A DNA stretch of 57,334 bases from Candidatus Aenigmatarchaeota archaeon (GCA_043799385.1 JAZDNV010000018.1:1-57334), one strand, 5' to 3'. Counted from the stretch's first letter, positions 37,396 through 46,766 are shown. The notes: a model not told the origin generated them from the letters alone. A program made the numbers and translations.

Positions 37396-37950
37396 TCAAC
37401 CCGAAATCAACTTGAAAAATTTCTGGTTCAATTTCCAGTATTTCTCTGCGAATTTCTTTCCGTTCTCGCTCTGCAGTTCGCTGTATGCAGCTTCTGATAT
37501 CTTCTTTGCTTCCTCAATGCTTGCTAAGAAACCAGCATCCTTCTTTGCAGATTTGTACATCATCTTCACTATTCCGAACGGGCTCATAAGATTTATCATG
37601 TCTGCTTCGAACAAGACCTTTGCCTCAATCGTTTGCGGCCTTAGCAGATCAGGATGAACAGTTTTCATGCTGTGTGCCTCAATGCAATGCGATACCGAAT
37701 CGATCATCGCCTGGTCAGCGCCCATCTTCTGCAACTGCTCTTTGGCTATTTCCTTGCCGGCAATATGATGGTCGCCGTCCTTTTCTCTTGCAATGTCGTG
37801 CAGCAACGCGGCTATTTCCACTACTTCAAGATTCGCGTTCTCCTTTTTCGCAAGCTTCTTGGCTATCTTTCTAACTAATTGCGAATGTTCATAATTCAAT
37901 TCGTTCAGATTCTCCTTCGCATATTTTTCTACCTTTTTTATGAGCTTCAT
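37396..37950 (-). CDS. HD-domain metal-dependent phosphohydrolase
   Basis: EHS..VR, AALLHDIAR, HH and EAKVLFEAD. Confidence 0.88.
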   Translation of the reverse strand: MKLIKKVEKYAKENLNELNYEHSQLVRKIAKKLAKKENANLEVVEIAALLHDIAREKDGDHHIAGKEIAKEQLQKMGADQAMIDSVSHCIEAHSMKTVHPDLLRPQTIEAKVLFEADMINLMSPFGIVKMMYKSAKKDAGFLASIEEAKKISEAAYSELQSENGKKFAEKYWKLNQKFFKLISG

Positions 37951-38351
37951 TTTTTCACCTCTTTCTTGGCTTCTTTTCTCAACAGAATCTTCTTCCTCAT
38001 CTTGTCATCAAGATTCAGCTTGATAATCTTGACGTTGCTAGGCTCTAACGCTGCATCGACCTCTTGACCTGAAACCTTCTTCTTCTTTATTCCATCAACG
38101 AATATCTTTAGCCGCTTTAGGTCGATTCTCGCCACGGTTCCGGTTTTTTTCCTGAACTCACCGCGCATTACCATGACCTCGTCGCCTTTCCTCAGCGAAA
38201 TCGAGCGTTTCTTGTACTCGTCGCGCAATTTTTTATCCAAGTGTGCGGATACTAATTTTTGACGTATGTGCATCGGAGCGTTATATCTGTATTTGCGCTG
38301 CTTTCGCGGCTGTGTGCTGCGAACCCAAAACTTTGAAAATTCTTTTTTCAT
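37947..38351 (-). CDS. rpl24: 50S ribosomal protein L24 (uL24)
   Basis: STQPRKQRKYRYNAP and GDEVMVMRGEF. Confidence 0.97.
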   Translation of the reverse strand: MKKEFSKFWVRSTQPRKQRKYRYNAPMHIRQKLVSAHLDKKLRDEYKKRSISLRKGDEVMVMRGEFRKKTGTVARIDLKRLKIFVDGIKKKKVSGQEVDAALEPSNVKIIKLNLDDKMRKKILLRKEAKKEVKK

Positions 38352-38356
38352 AACCA

Positions 38357-38758
38357 TCACAAAACTATGCTTGCTATTTTTCCGATAACCGAAAAGCGCT
38401 CGACAGCTTCTTTTGCAATAACGCTCCTTATCTCGGTTCCCGTCGGTTCGTATGTTTTTGGGTTAACAAGAATGGCCGCGTTATCAGTGAACTTCACGCG
38501 AGTGCCATCTATTCGCCTGAATTCCTTCTTCTGCCTCACGACGACCGCATACACTATTGTATGCCTCAGCTTTTCCTTGCCTTTTGTTACAGAGCATACG
38601 ATAACATCAGCTATGCCTGCTTTTGGTATTCTTCGCAGCCGTCCTTTATAACCGACAACTGATATGAGCTTCAGTTCCTTTGCTCCTGTGTTGTCTATGC
38701 AGTTCAGCACACCCTCTAAATTTATTGGCTTCGTTATTTTTGCCTGTAATGCCTTCAT
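38357..38758 (-). CDS. rpl14: 50S ribosomal protein L14
   Basis: CIDNTGAK and VVVRQKKEFRR..G.RVKFTDNAA. Confidence 0.97.
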   Translation of the reverse strand: MKALQAKITKPINLEGVLNCIDNTGAKELKLISVVGYKGRLRRIPKAGIADVIVCSVTKGKEKLRHTIVYAVVVRQKKEFRRIDGTRVKFTDNAAILVNPKTYEPTGTEIRSVIAKEAVERFSVIGKIASIVL

Positions 38759-38764
38759 ATTTTA

Positions 38765-39082
38765 TCACTCCATGTTTTCAACTACCACGAATTTCTTCAT
38801 CTTTGACAGAGACCGGCATTCAGCCACCTTTATCTTGTCGCCAATTTTGACCAGTATGCACTTTGGCAGATGAGCTGCAATTCGTGTCTTCCTTCTCTCG
38901 TATCTTTCGTATTTCGGGACCTTTTTGTAGTAGTTCCACTCAACGATTGCCGTATTTGTGGCTCGCGTCGAAACTGCAACGCCAACAAATATCCTTCCGC
39001 GGATTTTCAGGTGGCCGTGCCAGGGACACTTATCACTATCACAAACTCCTTTTGGTTCTTTCGCATTTATTCCGATGTTCAT
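38765..39082 (-). CDS. rps17: 30S ribosomal protein S17
   Basis: CPWHG, KYERYERR and ECRSLSKMK. Confidence 0.97.
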   Translation of the reverse strand: MNIGINAKEPKGVCDSDKCPWHGHLKIRGRIFVGVAVSTRATNTAIVEWNYYKKVPKYERYERRKTRIAAHLPKCILVKIGDKIKVAECRSLSKMKKFVVVENME

Positions 39083-39083
39083 A

Positions 39084-39356
39084 TTACCACTTCTTGAATT
39101 TTTTCTTTATCCTGTCTTCAGGCCTTGATATTATGAAATTGCCGTTCACGTCAACCCTCTGCTTTCCAAGGATGAGCCTGAATACCGTACCCTTTTTCGG
39201 TATCCTCAACTTCTTTTCATCCTTGATCATTACCGTCTTCAGCGTTTCATCAACAATCCTGCCCTTTAATCCGATTTGGCTTTTGTTGCATGCATCGATT
39301 ATCTCGCATTGCAATCCTATCAGTTCATGTCTCAATATGTTCTTTGGATTTCTCAT
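39084..39356 (-). CDS. rnp1: RNase P protein component 1 (Rpp29)
   Basis: RHELIGL, GRIVDET, IPK and RPEDRIK; conserved operon position. Confidence 0.94.
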   Translation of the reverse strand: MRNPKNILRHELIGLQCEIIDACNKSQIGLKGRIVDETLKTVMIKDEKKLRIPKKGTVFRLILGKQRVDVNGNFIISRPEDRIKKKFKKW

Positions 39357-39361
39357 TGATT

Positions 39362-39670
39362 TCACTCAATTTCGATTATCTCTCTTGGAAATCCTTCTTT
39401 CACCAGTATCTCCTTTATCCTATACTTATGGTTTCCCTGAAGCTCTATTTCGTCTTCCTTGTACGTCCCACCGCACGCAAGCTTTGACTTGAGCTTTTTC
39501 ATCAGCTCCTTGATGTCTATCTTTGTTTTGTCTATCCCGCGAATCACTGTGACGTATTTCTGGAATCTTTTCTTGGCGACCGATATCCTTATCTTCTGCG
39601 CCTCCTTTGCGATTGTCTCGCAAACACAGAGCTCTTTTGGCAAACCACACTTTTGGCAGACTATCCTCAA
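39362..39670 (-). CDS. sui1: Translation initiation factor aIF1 (SUI1)
   Basis: CGLPKELCVCE and LKSKLACGGT...IELQGNH. Confidence 0.95.
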   Translation of the reverse strand: MRIVCQKCGLPKELCVCETIAKEAQKIRISVAKKRFQKYVTVIRGIDKTKIDIKELMKKLKSKLACGGTYKEDEIELQGNHKYRIKEILVKEGFPREIIEIE

Positions 39671-39921
39671 TCACCTCTTTTGGACAAGACGCCTTTGGCG
39701 CCCGTTTGTTTCTTCTTCGCTTGAGTATTATTCTTTTCGCTTTTGATTGTCAATATTCTTGCAATCGTCTTCCTGATCTCTTTTATCCTTCCGGGATTCT
39801 TTATGGTGCCGACGTTGCTTGATGCACGTTCTTTCGATAATTCCAATTTAAGTTCCATCAGCTTCTCGTCATTATCCTTTTCATTCATCTCCCTTAGCTT
39901 TTTCATTTTCAGTATTGCCAT
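39667..39921 (-). CDS. rpl29: 50S ribosomal protein L29
   Basis: NPGRIKEIRKTIARILT. Confidence 0.95.
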   Translation of the reverse strand: MAILKMKKLREMNEKDNDEKLMELKLELSKERASSNVGTIKNPGRIKEIRKTIARILTIKSEKNNTQAKKKQTGAKGVLSKRGD

Positions 39922-39926
39922 TATCA

Positions 39927-40634
39927 TCATTCCTTTGCATCTTCGACTTTCGGTTCTTCAACGGGCAGGTCGGTTTTGATTTCTTCGGGCTTTGTTTCTT
40001 CAATTATCATCTCGCTCTTAACTGGTTCTTTTTTGGTTTCTTCGATTATCGTCTCGCTCTTCACTATTTTATGCATTTTATCAGACGGCAGCATTATCTT
40101 GACCGTAATGCCGACGTTGCCAAGCTTCGGGGTTGCGACCGCAAAACCCTTGAGCACATACTGTGCAGGCTCTCCGCATTTTTTCAGGTATCCAGCCGTG
40201 AAACGTTCTCTTCTTGACCGTTCACCTGACAATTTGCCTGCAAATATTATCTCGCATCCCATTGCGCCTGCAGACATTATTCGCGAGATATAAACATTTC
40301 CTAATTTTTTATAATTCACGCTGTTTTCGATTGACAGCGCGAGCGTCTTTGCAACTATCGTCGGGTCCATGTCAGGGTTGTTGATTTTCTGGACGTCTAT
40401 CTGCGGATTCTCTATCTTCAGGTTTTTCTTAAGTACCTCTACAAGTTCTCTTATCCTGTCGCCACTTGAACCTATCACAAGACCGGGCGTAGACGTGTAT
40501 ATGATTATTCTGGTTACTATTGGAGTATGCTGGACTTCGATGTTGCTGCATTTCGTATCAGCAAGATGTTTCCTGATAAATTCCTCCACGGTGACCCGCT
40601 CTTTTGCCTTCTGTATGAATATCCTCTCTTTCAT
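39927..40634 (-). CDS. rps3: 30S ribosomal protein S3
   Basis: PGLVIG, GAMGCEI..GKL and GYLKKCG. Confidence 0.97.
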   Translation of the reverse strand: MKERIFIQKAKERVTVEEFIRKHLADTKCSNIEVQHTPIVTRIIIYTSTPGLVIGSSGDRIRELVEVLKKNLKIENPQIDVQKINNPDMDPTIVAKTLALSIENSVNYKKLGNVYISRIMSAGAMGCEIIFAGKLSGERSRRERFTAGYLKKCGEPAQYVLKGFAVATPKLGNVGITVKIMLPSDKMHKIVKSETIIEETKKEPVKSEMIIEETKPEEIKTDLPVEEPKVEDAKE

Positions 40635-40639
40635 CGCAA

Positions 40640-41122
40640 TCACTTCTCTGCTTTTTTCTTTATCGCTTCTGCCAATTCCTTTTTGATTTTCTCCAAATCC
40701 TCCATTTTCTTGATTGTCTTTACCTTTGCCAGCTTCTTTTCCTTTCCCTTTTCGATTAACATTATCTCCACGTTCGCCGATTTCATTCTCGAGCCGAATG
40801 CGGCCTTTCTCCTGCGCCTTCGGAATATTCCACCCTGATGCGCGGACGCATGAACCATTAATTTTCCTGAATCAAGATTTTTTGCAACCGCGTTCTTTTC
40901 GCAGCTGTCCAAGAGCATCTTTATCTCATTCACTGCGCTCGTGTAATATTTTCCGCGCAAATCCCTCTTCTTTGCTATCAGGTCGTCGAGCAATCGCCTT
41001 GCGCGAGTCAGTGGCTTGTTGCGGATGACGCGGCATATCTTCACCGCGGCTTTTCTGCTTATTCGCATGTTATTCCCGCATGCCTTCGCGTGCTTATCCT
41101 TTGGCTCGAACGTATATGACAT
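40640..41122 (-). CDS. rpl22: 50S ribosomal protein L22
   Basis: RISRKAAVKICRVIR and NAVAKNLD; operon position. Confidence 0.95.
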   Translation of the reverse strand: MSYTFEPKDKHAKACGNNMRISRKAAVKICRVIRNKPLTRARRLLDDLIAKKRDLRGKYYTSAVNEIKMLLDSCEKNAVAKNLDSGKLMVHASAHQGGIFRRRRRKAAFGSRMKSANVEIMLIEKGKEKKLAKVKTIKKMEDLEKIKKELAEAIKKKAEK

Positions 41123-41140
41123 TTTAATCAAACCTCAAAA

Positions 41141-41530
41141 TTACTTCATCGGAACGAACTTGCTTGAGCGCGTTGCACCGAGTCCAGGCGCAGAGTGCTT
41201 TACGCGGCCGCGCGTTTGTGCAAATTCTCCAAGATAGTGGCCAAGCTTGCTTGCGTCTATATCTACTGGCACGAACTCTTTGCCGTTGTAAACGCCTATC
41301 TTTGTCCCAAGCATCTCCGGAATTATTATCATGTCCCTCGATTGGGTCCTTATCAGCTTATCCTTTCCCTTGAACCTTCTCACATTATCTAAAAGTTTCT
41401 TTTCCTGCCTTGTAAACCCTCTTTTTAGTGACCTTCTCTGCCTTGCGTTGAGCATTGCAGAAAATTCTTCTATACTCATTTTTTCTATTTCCTCAACGGA
41501 CTTACCGCGGAAAGTAATTTTTTTTGCCAT
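41141..41530 (-). CDS. rps19: 30S ribosomal protein S19
   Basis: FRGK, RDMIIIPEM, GHYLGEF and GATRSSKFVP. Confidence 0.97.
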   Translation of the reverse strand: MAKKITFRGKSVEEIEKMSIEEFSAMLNARQRRSLKRGFTRQEKKLLDNVRRFKGKDKLIRTQSRDMIIIPEMLGTKIGVYNGKEFVPVDIDASKLGHYLGEFAQTRGRVKHSAPGLGATRSSKFVPMK

Positions 41531-41539
41531 AAAATCACA

Positions 41540-42244
41540 CTATGCTTTTCTTTTTTTCTTACCCATTCTTCTTGCTGATATGCTTCCAACCTTCTTTCCG
41601 GGCGGCATGTTCCTCGAAACGGTTTTGTGCTTTCCAGGTTTTGCCTTTCCGCCGAACGGATGGTCAACAGCGTTCATTGAAACGCCTGAAACATGAGGAT
41701 AATATCTGTTAACAGCACGCATTGCATACCACTTTGTGCCTGCTTTCATGAAAGGCTTCTCTGTTCTTCCAGCGCCAGAGACAACGCCTATCGTCGCCCT
41801 GCATCGCAAAGGCAGGATCTTCTTCTGTTTTGAAGGTAGGAGTATCGTGCATTTATTTTTTTCCTTCCCAGTAATTGTTGCAAAGCATCCAGATGAGCGG
41901 CATATCTTTCCGCCGTCACCAGGGTGCAGTTCAATATTATATATTTTTGTTCCTTCCGGGACGTTCCTTAACTCAAGAATATTTCCATTGTTTGGCGCTT
42001 CGAAATCTATTTTCTGTCCGACTGATGCTCCCTCGTGCGCAATCTGCAGAATCCTTTTTCCTGAAAAATCTATCACCGATACTGGTGATGTTCTTCCAGG
42101 AGCGTCAAGTATGTCGACTATCATTCCGCTAGAAGCACCGTCAGGTATCTGACTGTAATTAACTTCGCCCAAAAATCTGTGAGCAGGTGACCTATATCTC
42201 GGCGACCCTGTTCCCCTCGCCTGCTGTCTAAGATTTTTTCCCAT
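41540..42244 (-). CDS. rpl2: 50S ribosomal protein L2
   Basis: MGKNL..QARG, NIELHPGDGG and MNAVDHPFGG. Confidence 0.98.
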   Translation of the reverse strand: MGKNLRQQARGTGSPRYRSPAHRFLGEVNYSQIPDGASSGMIVDILDAPGRTSPVSVIDFSGKRILQIAHEGASVGQKIDFEAPNNGNILELRNVPEGTKIYNIELHPGDGGKICRSSGCFATITGKEKNKCTILLPSKQKKILPLRCRATIGVVSGAGRTEKPFMKAGTKWYAMRAVNRYYPHVSGVSMNAVDHPFGGKAKPGKHKTVSRNMPPGKKVGSISARRMGKKKRKA

Positions 42245-42258
42245 TCATTGCACCTTAT

Positions 42259-42489
42259 TTAACCCATGCAGCTTTTTGGAGGCTTGATGAATAAATCAAA
42301 CCTTATTTTTTTATCATACACCGACCTTGAAACATACCTGCATTCCAATGGCAATCCATTCCTGTCATGAATTGCGCATTGCATGGGCAACCCGGATGAT
42401 ATCGGACAGTATGACTGAACTCTGTATGGCTCCACAACTATGAGATCTGGACAGAGTTCTATTATCTCGTCTTGTGTTACATTTATCAT
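42259..42489 (-). CDS. Cys-rich hypothetical protein between L23 and L2
   Basis: MINVTQDEIIELCPDL...; ATG overlaps the L23 stop (ATGA) and the ORF fills the gap. Confidence 0.6.
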   Translation of the reverse strand: MINVTQDEIIELCPDLIVVEPYRVQSYCPISSGLPMQCAIHDRNGLPLECRYVSRSVYDKKIRFDLFIKPPKSCMG

Positions 42490-42905
42490 ATTATTCCCAG
42501 CCTTATTGCTATATCGCCAGCTGCGCCCGGGTCTTTGAACCTTATCGCCGCTTTTTTTCGGCCTTTCTGGTCTATTATCGTCTGCACGCCTGCAACAGGC
42601 GATTTGAACGCGGCTTCGGCCGCGACTTTTATTTCGCTTTTGCATGATTTCCTGTTGACTATGAATATGAGCTTGTTCTGTTTTTCTATCGTTTGTATCG
42701 CCTTTTCCGTCATGAGCACGAATTTCAGAACATCGAATGCATCGACCACTGATTTTTCATCTGATTTTTCTGTCACAATTTTTGCAGTTACTTTTTCCTT
42801 AGGCTCTTTCTTCTTAAGTATGCTCGGAAGCTTAATCTTGCTCTCTGTTTTCTCAGATTTCTTTTCAGTCTTCGTTTCAGTTTTTGCCTTAGCTTTTGCT
42901 TCCAT
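42486..42905 (-). CDS. rpl23: 50S ribosomal protein L23 with Lys/Glu-rich N-terminal extension
   Basis: TEKA...NKLIFIV...KKAAIR..AGDIAIRLGI. Confidence 0.95.
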   Translation of the reverse strand: MEAKAKAKTETKTEKKSEKTESKIKLPSILKKKEPKEKVTAKIVTEKSDEKSVVDAFDVLKFVLMTEKAIQTIEKQNKLIFIVNRKSCKSEIKVAAEAAFKSPVAGVQTIIDQKGRKKAAIRFKDPGAAGDIAIRLGII

Positions 42906-42908
42906 TCA

Positions 42909-43691
42909 TCATTCACCGAACTTTTCATTGAGCTTTTCTATCGCTGACTCGGTCATTATCGTCAATCTTGCCAGACAACCAGGCGCCAGCAATTCGGCGT
43001 CCAGACCATCGAATTTTGCAACGTCAATGCCGGCTATGCTTCTCGCTGATTTCAACAGATTACAATCCTTTGAAACTATTATCAGCGGACCGATTTTCTT
43101 CTTGTACTTCCTGCCGCGATTTTTTCCTTTGCCTGCGCGAACTTTCTTTTTCTCGCATCTCTTCATCTCTTGGTAGATTATTTTGTCCAGAAGAGTTTTG
43201 ACTTCTTTTGTCTTCTTCATATCCTCGAAATCATTCGTGAATATTAACGGTGCTTCATCAACATTATGGCGCTCCTTGACCAGTTCCTGATTAGTTGACG
43301 CAGCAAGAGCAGACTTTATCGCCAAACGTTTTTCTTTTTCGTTTATGCGCTGGGTCCAGACTCTTTCTGCTTTAGGCGGGTGCGCTTTTCTGCCCTTCAC
43401 TGCTTGCGGCACGAAACGTGCGCGTAGATTCAGGTAACCGACCTTACCGTGGATTCGCGATATCCTTGCCATCTCCTTGTTCATCATCGTAAACCGATAT
43501 TTTCTTCGTCCGTGATAATGTGCACTCGTCCTTTTTCCGGCTAATGGATTCGCTCCATACGGTTGTCGTTTCATTGACTGTATCGATAGGATAGCGCGAT
43601 TTATCACGTCAGGGCGATAAGCGACGCTGAATACTTTCGGTAATTTCATTTCCTTTTTTACGTTTCCGTTCAAATCATAAACCTTTGTCAT
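42909..43691 (-). CDS. rpl4: 50S ribosomal protein L4
   Basis: RPDVINRA, GRKAHPPK, RAGKGKNRGR and LAPG..ARLT. Confidence 0.97.
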   Translation of the reverse strand: MTKVYDLNGNVKKEMKLPKVFSVAYRPDVINRAILSIQSMKRQPYGANPLAGKRTSAHYHGRRKYRFTMMNKEMARISRIHGKVGYLNLRARFVPQAVKGRKAHPPKAERVWTQRINEKEKRLAIKSALAASTNQELVKERHNVDEAPLIFTNDFEDMKKTKEVKTLLDKIIYQEMKRCEKKKVRAGKGKNRGRKYKKKIGPLIIVSKDCNLLKSARSIAGIDVAKFDGLDAELLAPGCLARLTIMTESAIEKLNEKFGE

Positions 43692-43696
43692 ATCAA

Positions 43697-44599
43697 TCAC
43701 TTACCCTGCTTGCTCTCTGTTGAGATGAATTTTACGTCAACTGGTTCAAATCTCTTCGTTCTGGTCGCTTTCTTCAGCATCATCAGTCTCTTTCTCGGGC
43801 CTGGTATTGAACCTTTTATGAGTATGAAATCCTTTACAGGACCGTAACCGAGAAATCCGCCATCCGGTGTTATCTTTTTTGAATCATCGCCTATCATTAC
43901 AATATTCTTGTTGAGTTCGGTTCTCGTGAAGAATCCGTACTGGCCTGGGAGAGGGACACGCCAGTCTACCTTTCTTGGCGTAGTCGTGCCTATCGAGCCT
44001 GCGTGACGGTGGTGTTGCTGGTCTTTTCTTCTCTGGATTCTGATGTGGAATCTTTTTACAGGACCTGTGAATCCATGCCCTTTCGTAACACCGGAAACAT
44101 CAACATATTCGCCGACCTTGAAAACGTCTTTTGCAAAAATCTCTTTGCCGAGCATTTGCTTCGCATCTGCGCTCCACTGCATTTCAAATACTTCTGGTTT
44201 TTTCTTTGCCATCCCGCCTTTTTCTGGCTGGGTCGAGATTATGAGCCGAATCTCATCGTAGTCATCTACCATCGCACCAACTTGATTTCCAACTTTTCTT
44301 TTCAAGCCTTCAGGAATATTATCGATCCATTTCTCGCCAACTGTAAAAAGGGTATGATTCTTCTTCTTGTAAAACCTCAAACCGCATACGAGCAAAGGCG
44401 GCGAGTCTATTATTGTTGCCGCCATTATCAGCGTCTTGCCGTGTGTAGGCGACTTCGCATTAACATCCGCATAACTGACGTGCGTCATGCCGGCCTTCCA
44501 TCCGGCAAAGCCGACGCTATTCAACTGCGGGTAAATCCTCTTCGCCCGCTTTCTTGGCCAAAATTGCAGCGAACCGCGCCTTGGTCTTCTCCTTTTCAT
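43697..44599 (-). CDS. rpl3: 50S ribosomal protein L3
   Basis: PRRGSLQFWPRKRA, KAGMTH, TKGHGFTGPVKR and KGSIPGP. Confidence 0.98.
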   Translation of the reverse strand: MKRRRPRRGSLQFWPRKRAKRIYPQLNSVGFAGWKAGMTHVSYADVNAKSPTHGKTLIMAATIIDSPPLLVCGLRFYKKKNHTLFTVGEKWIDNIPEGLKRKVGNQVGAMVDDYDEIRLIISTQPEKGGMAKKKPEVFEMQWSADAKQMLGKEIFAKDVFKVGEYVDVSGVTKGHGFTGPVKRFHIRIQRRKDQQHHRHAGSIGTTTPRKVDWRVPLPGQYGFFTRTELNKNIVMIGDDSKKITPDGGFLGYGPVKDFILIKGSIPGPRKRLMMLKKATRTKRFEPVDVKFISTESKQGK

Positions 44600-44768
44600 C
44601 TCATCAGTCCTTCGCTCTATTTCTTAGCGTATGTTTTAAAAGCTACTTGTAGTCAACCTAAGAATAGGTACATGAGAGCAATAATACATTAATGGAAAAG
44701 ATATTTAAACCAAATTATACGGTGAAAGCAAAGTTTTAAGCCTTTCAGGCGAAAATATACCTGAGATT

Positions 44769-46316
44769 ATGATGGAGATAGAGAAAACGCAGTCGCTATG
44801 CCCAAGATGCATGAAAATATTGCCCGCTACTATTTTCGAGCGAGACGGCAAAGTATGGATAACGCGAACCTGCAAGAGGCATGGGAAAACTGAGGAGTTG
44901 TACTGGGGCTCATATGAGATTTACAAAAAGGCAAAACGATTTGCTAGGGACGGGCGCGGCGTCTACAATCCTGAAATAAAAAAAGAGCGGATAGTGTGCC
45001 CGTTCGACTGCGGGCTCTGCAACGTGCACAAGAGCCACACTGCTCTTGCTAATATTGTTTTAACGAATCGCTGCGACTTGCGTTGCTGGTACTGTTTCTT
45101 CTTTGCGCAAAAAGCCGGTTACGTTTACGAACCGAACTTGGAACAGGTAAGGTTGATGCTAAAAAAATTGCGAAGCGAAAAGCCGGTTCCATGCAACGCC
45201 GTGCAGTTTACAGGCGGCGAGCCTTTGCTGAGAAACGATATAATCGAAATAATAAAAATCGCCCGGCAGGAAGGATTCAAGCATATTCAGTTGAATACGG
45301 ACGGAATAAGGCTACGGGACGCCGCATTGGCAAAAAATATTAGAAAAGCCGGCGTCAACACGATATACCTTAGCTTTGATGGGGTAAGCGCAAAAACCAA
45401 TCCGAAGAACCACTGGGAGATACCTGAGATACTGGAAAGCTGCCGCTATGCAGAAATAGGTGTTGTTCTCGTCCCGACAATAATAAAAGGAGTGAATGAC
45501 CACGAACTTGGAGATATTATAAGATTTGCTGTTCGCAACATAGACGTTGTCCGCGGAATCAACTTCCAGCCGGTATCGATGGTCGGCCGCATGTCGAAAA
45601 ATGAGAGAAAAAAGTACCGTATAACGATACCTGACGTCATGCAACGTATAGAAGAACAGACCAAAGGCGAAATAAGCAAAAACGATTTCTACACCGTGCC
45701 ATTCGTGATGCCAATAAGCAATTTCGTCGAATCAATTACAAAGAAAAGCGAATACCAGTTTTCATCGCATTTCGCGTGCGGGGCGGCAACTTATGTTTTC
45801 AAAGAAGATGAAAAAACAATACCAATAACACGATTTGTCGACGTTGAAGGATTGATGAAATATCTAGATGATATGGCAACTAAGATCAAGCCTGGCCATA
45901 TAAAATACATTACTGGACTAAAGCTATTGTTTGGTTTAAGAAAATTCGTCCATGGGAAAACGCCTAAGGGACTTAATATAAATAAGGTGTTCTTCGACGC
46001 CTTCGTTAAGAAGAATTACAAAACATTGAGCGTGTTCCACCACAAATCATTGTTCATAGGGCTCATGCATTTTCAGGACCTCTACAACTATGACATCGAA
46101 CGCGTAAAACGGTGCTGCATACATTACGCAACGCCTGACGGAAACATAATACCGTTCTGCACCTTCAACGTGCTGCCTTCGTTGTATCGCGATAAGATAC
46201 AAAAGAAGTTTGGCATGAAGATAGGCGAATGGGAAAAGAAGAATAAGCGGAAATTGGACGATGATTTATACAGAAGAAGCCCTGAACTGATTAAAAACGC
46301 GCCAAAAACCTTCTAG
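44769..46316 (+). CDS. tes: Radical SAM enzyme of the tetraether lipid synthase (Tes / GDGT-MAS, MJ0619) family
   Basis: N-terminal CPRC..CKRHG, CPFDCGLCNVHKSH, radical SAM CDLRCWYC, QFTGGEP, NFQPVS, HFACG and RCCIHY..IPFC; 515 aa. Confidence 0.8.
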   Translation: MMEIEKTQSLCPRCMKILPATIFERDGKVWITRTCKRHGKTEELYWGSYEIYKKAKRFARDGRGVYNPEIKKERIVCPFDCGLCNVHKSHTALANIVLTNRCDLRCWYCFFFAQKAGYVYEPNLEQVRLMLKKLRSEKPVPCNAVQFTGGEPLLRNDIIEIIKIARQEGFKHIQLNTDGIRLRDAALAKNIRKAGVNTIYLSFDGVSAKTNPKNHWEIPEILESCRYAEIGVVLVPTIIKGVNDHELGDIIRFAVRNIDVVRGINFQPVSMVGRMSKNERKKYRITIPDVMQRIEEQTKGEISKNDFYTVPFVMPISNFVESITKKSEYQFSSHFACGAATYVFKEDEKTIPITRFVDVEGLMKYLDDMATKIKPGHIKYITGLKLLFGLRKFVHGKTPKGLNINKVFFDAFVKKNYKTLSVFHHKSLFIGLMHFQDLYNYDIERVKRCCIHYATPDGNIIPFCTFNVLPSLYRDKIQKKFGMKIGEWEKKNKRKLDDDLYRRSPELIKNAPKTF

Positions 46317-46318
46317 AA

Positions 46319-46582
46319 TTAAAGTAATGTAATATCTCCTGCTTCGACACTCTCCACGCCATCTATTTCTGCAATCGCGCTCTCTATTTCGCTGAATCCC
46401 GAGGAGTCAGGCACTATGAAAAGCACTTCGACTGCACTGAGCCCGAATGCTATCGGCTTTTCTTCCAGCGATTTCAGCCGAGCTTTTTCTTCGACGATTG
46501 CCCGTATTTCTTTCTTTATTCGTTCCAGATTAACGTCCGTACCGGACGGCATTACCCTCAAGCTAACAGCAACATCTCCCAT
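46319..46582 (-). CDS. ef1b: Elongation factor 1-beta
   Basis: MGDVAVSLRVMP, PIAFGL and IDGVESVE. Confidence 0.95.
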   Translation of the reverse strand: MGDVAVSLRVMPSGTDVNLERIKKEIRAIVEEKARLKSLEEKPIAFGLSAVEVLFIVPDSSGFSEIESAIAEIDGVESVEAGDITLL

Positions 46583-46607
46583 AAAATCACCAATATATAA
46601 TTAAGAA

Positions 46608-46766
46608 TTACGGCCCCTCGAACTTGCATTCAGGGCAGACGTATACGTTGCTCTTTCTCCTGCACTTCTCGCACCTGACTATCTCAACCTTTAAGCAGGA
46701 CGGACACTTAAACTTAGTAAAATTCTCTTCTGACAGAAGATTCTGGTTACAGGATATGCATTTCAT
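46608..46766 (-). CDS. Small zinc-finger protein, DUF1610/HVO_2753-like (not in ORF track)
   Basis: MKCISCN...FKCPSC..EIVRCEKCR..SNVYVCPECKFEGP; conserved position upstream of EF-1beta. Confidence 0.9.
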   Translation of the reverse strand: MKCISCNQNLLSEENFTKFKCPSCLKVEIVRCEKCRRKSNVYVCPECKFEGP

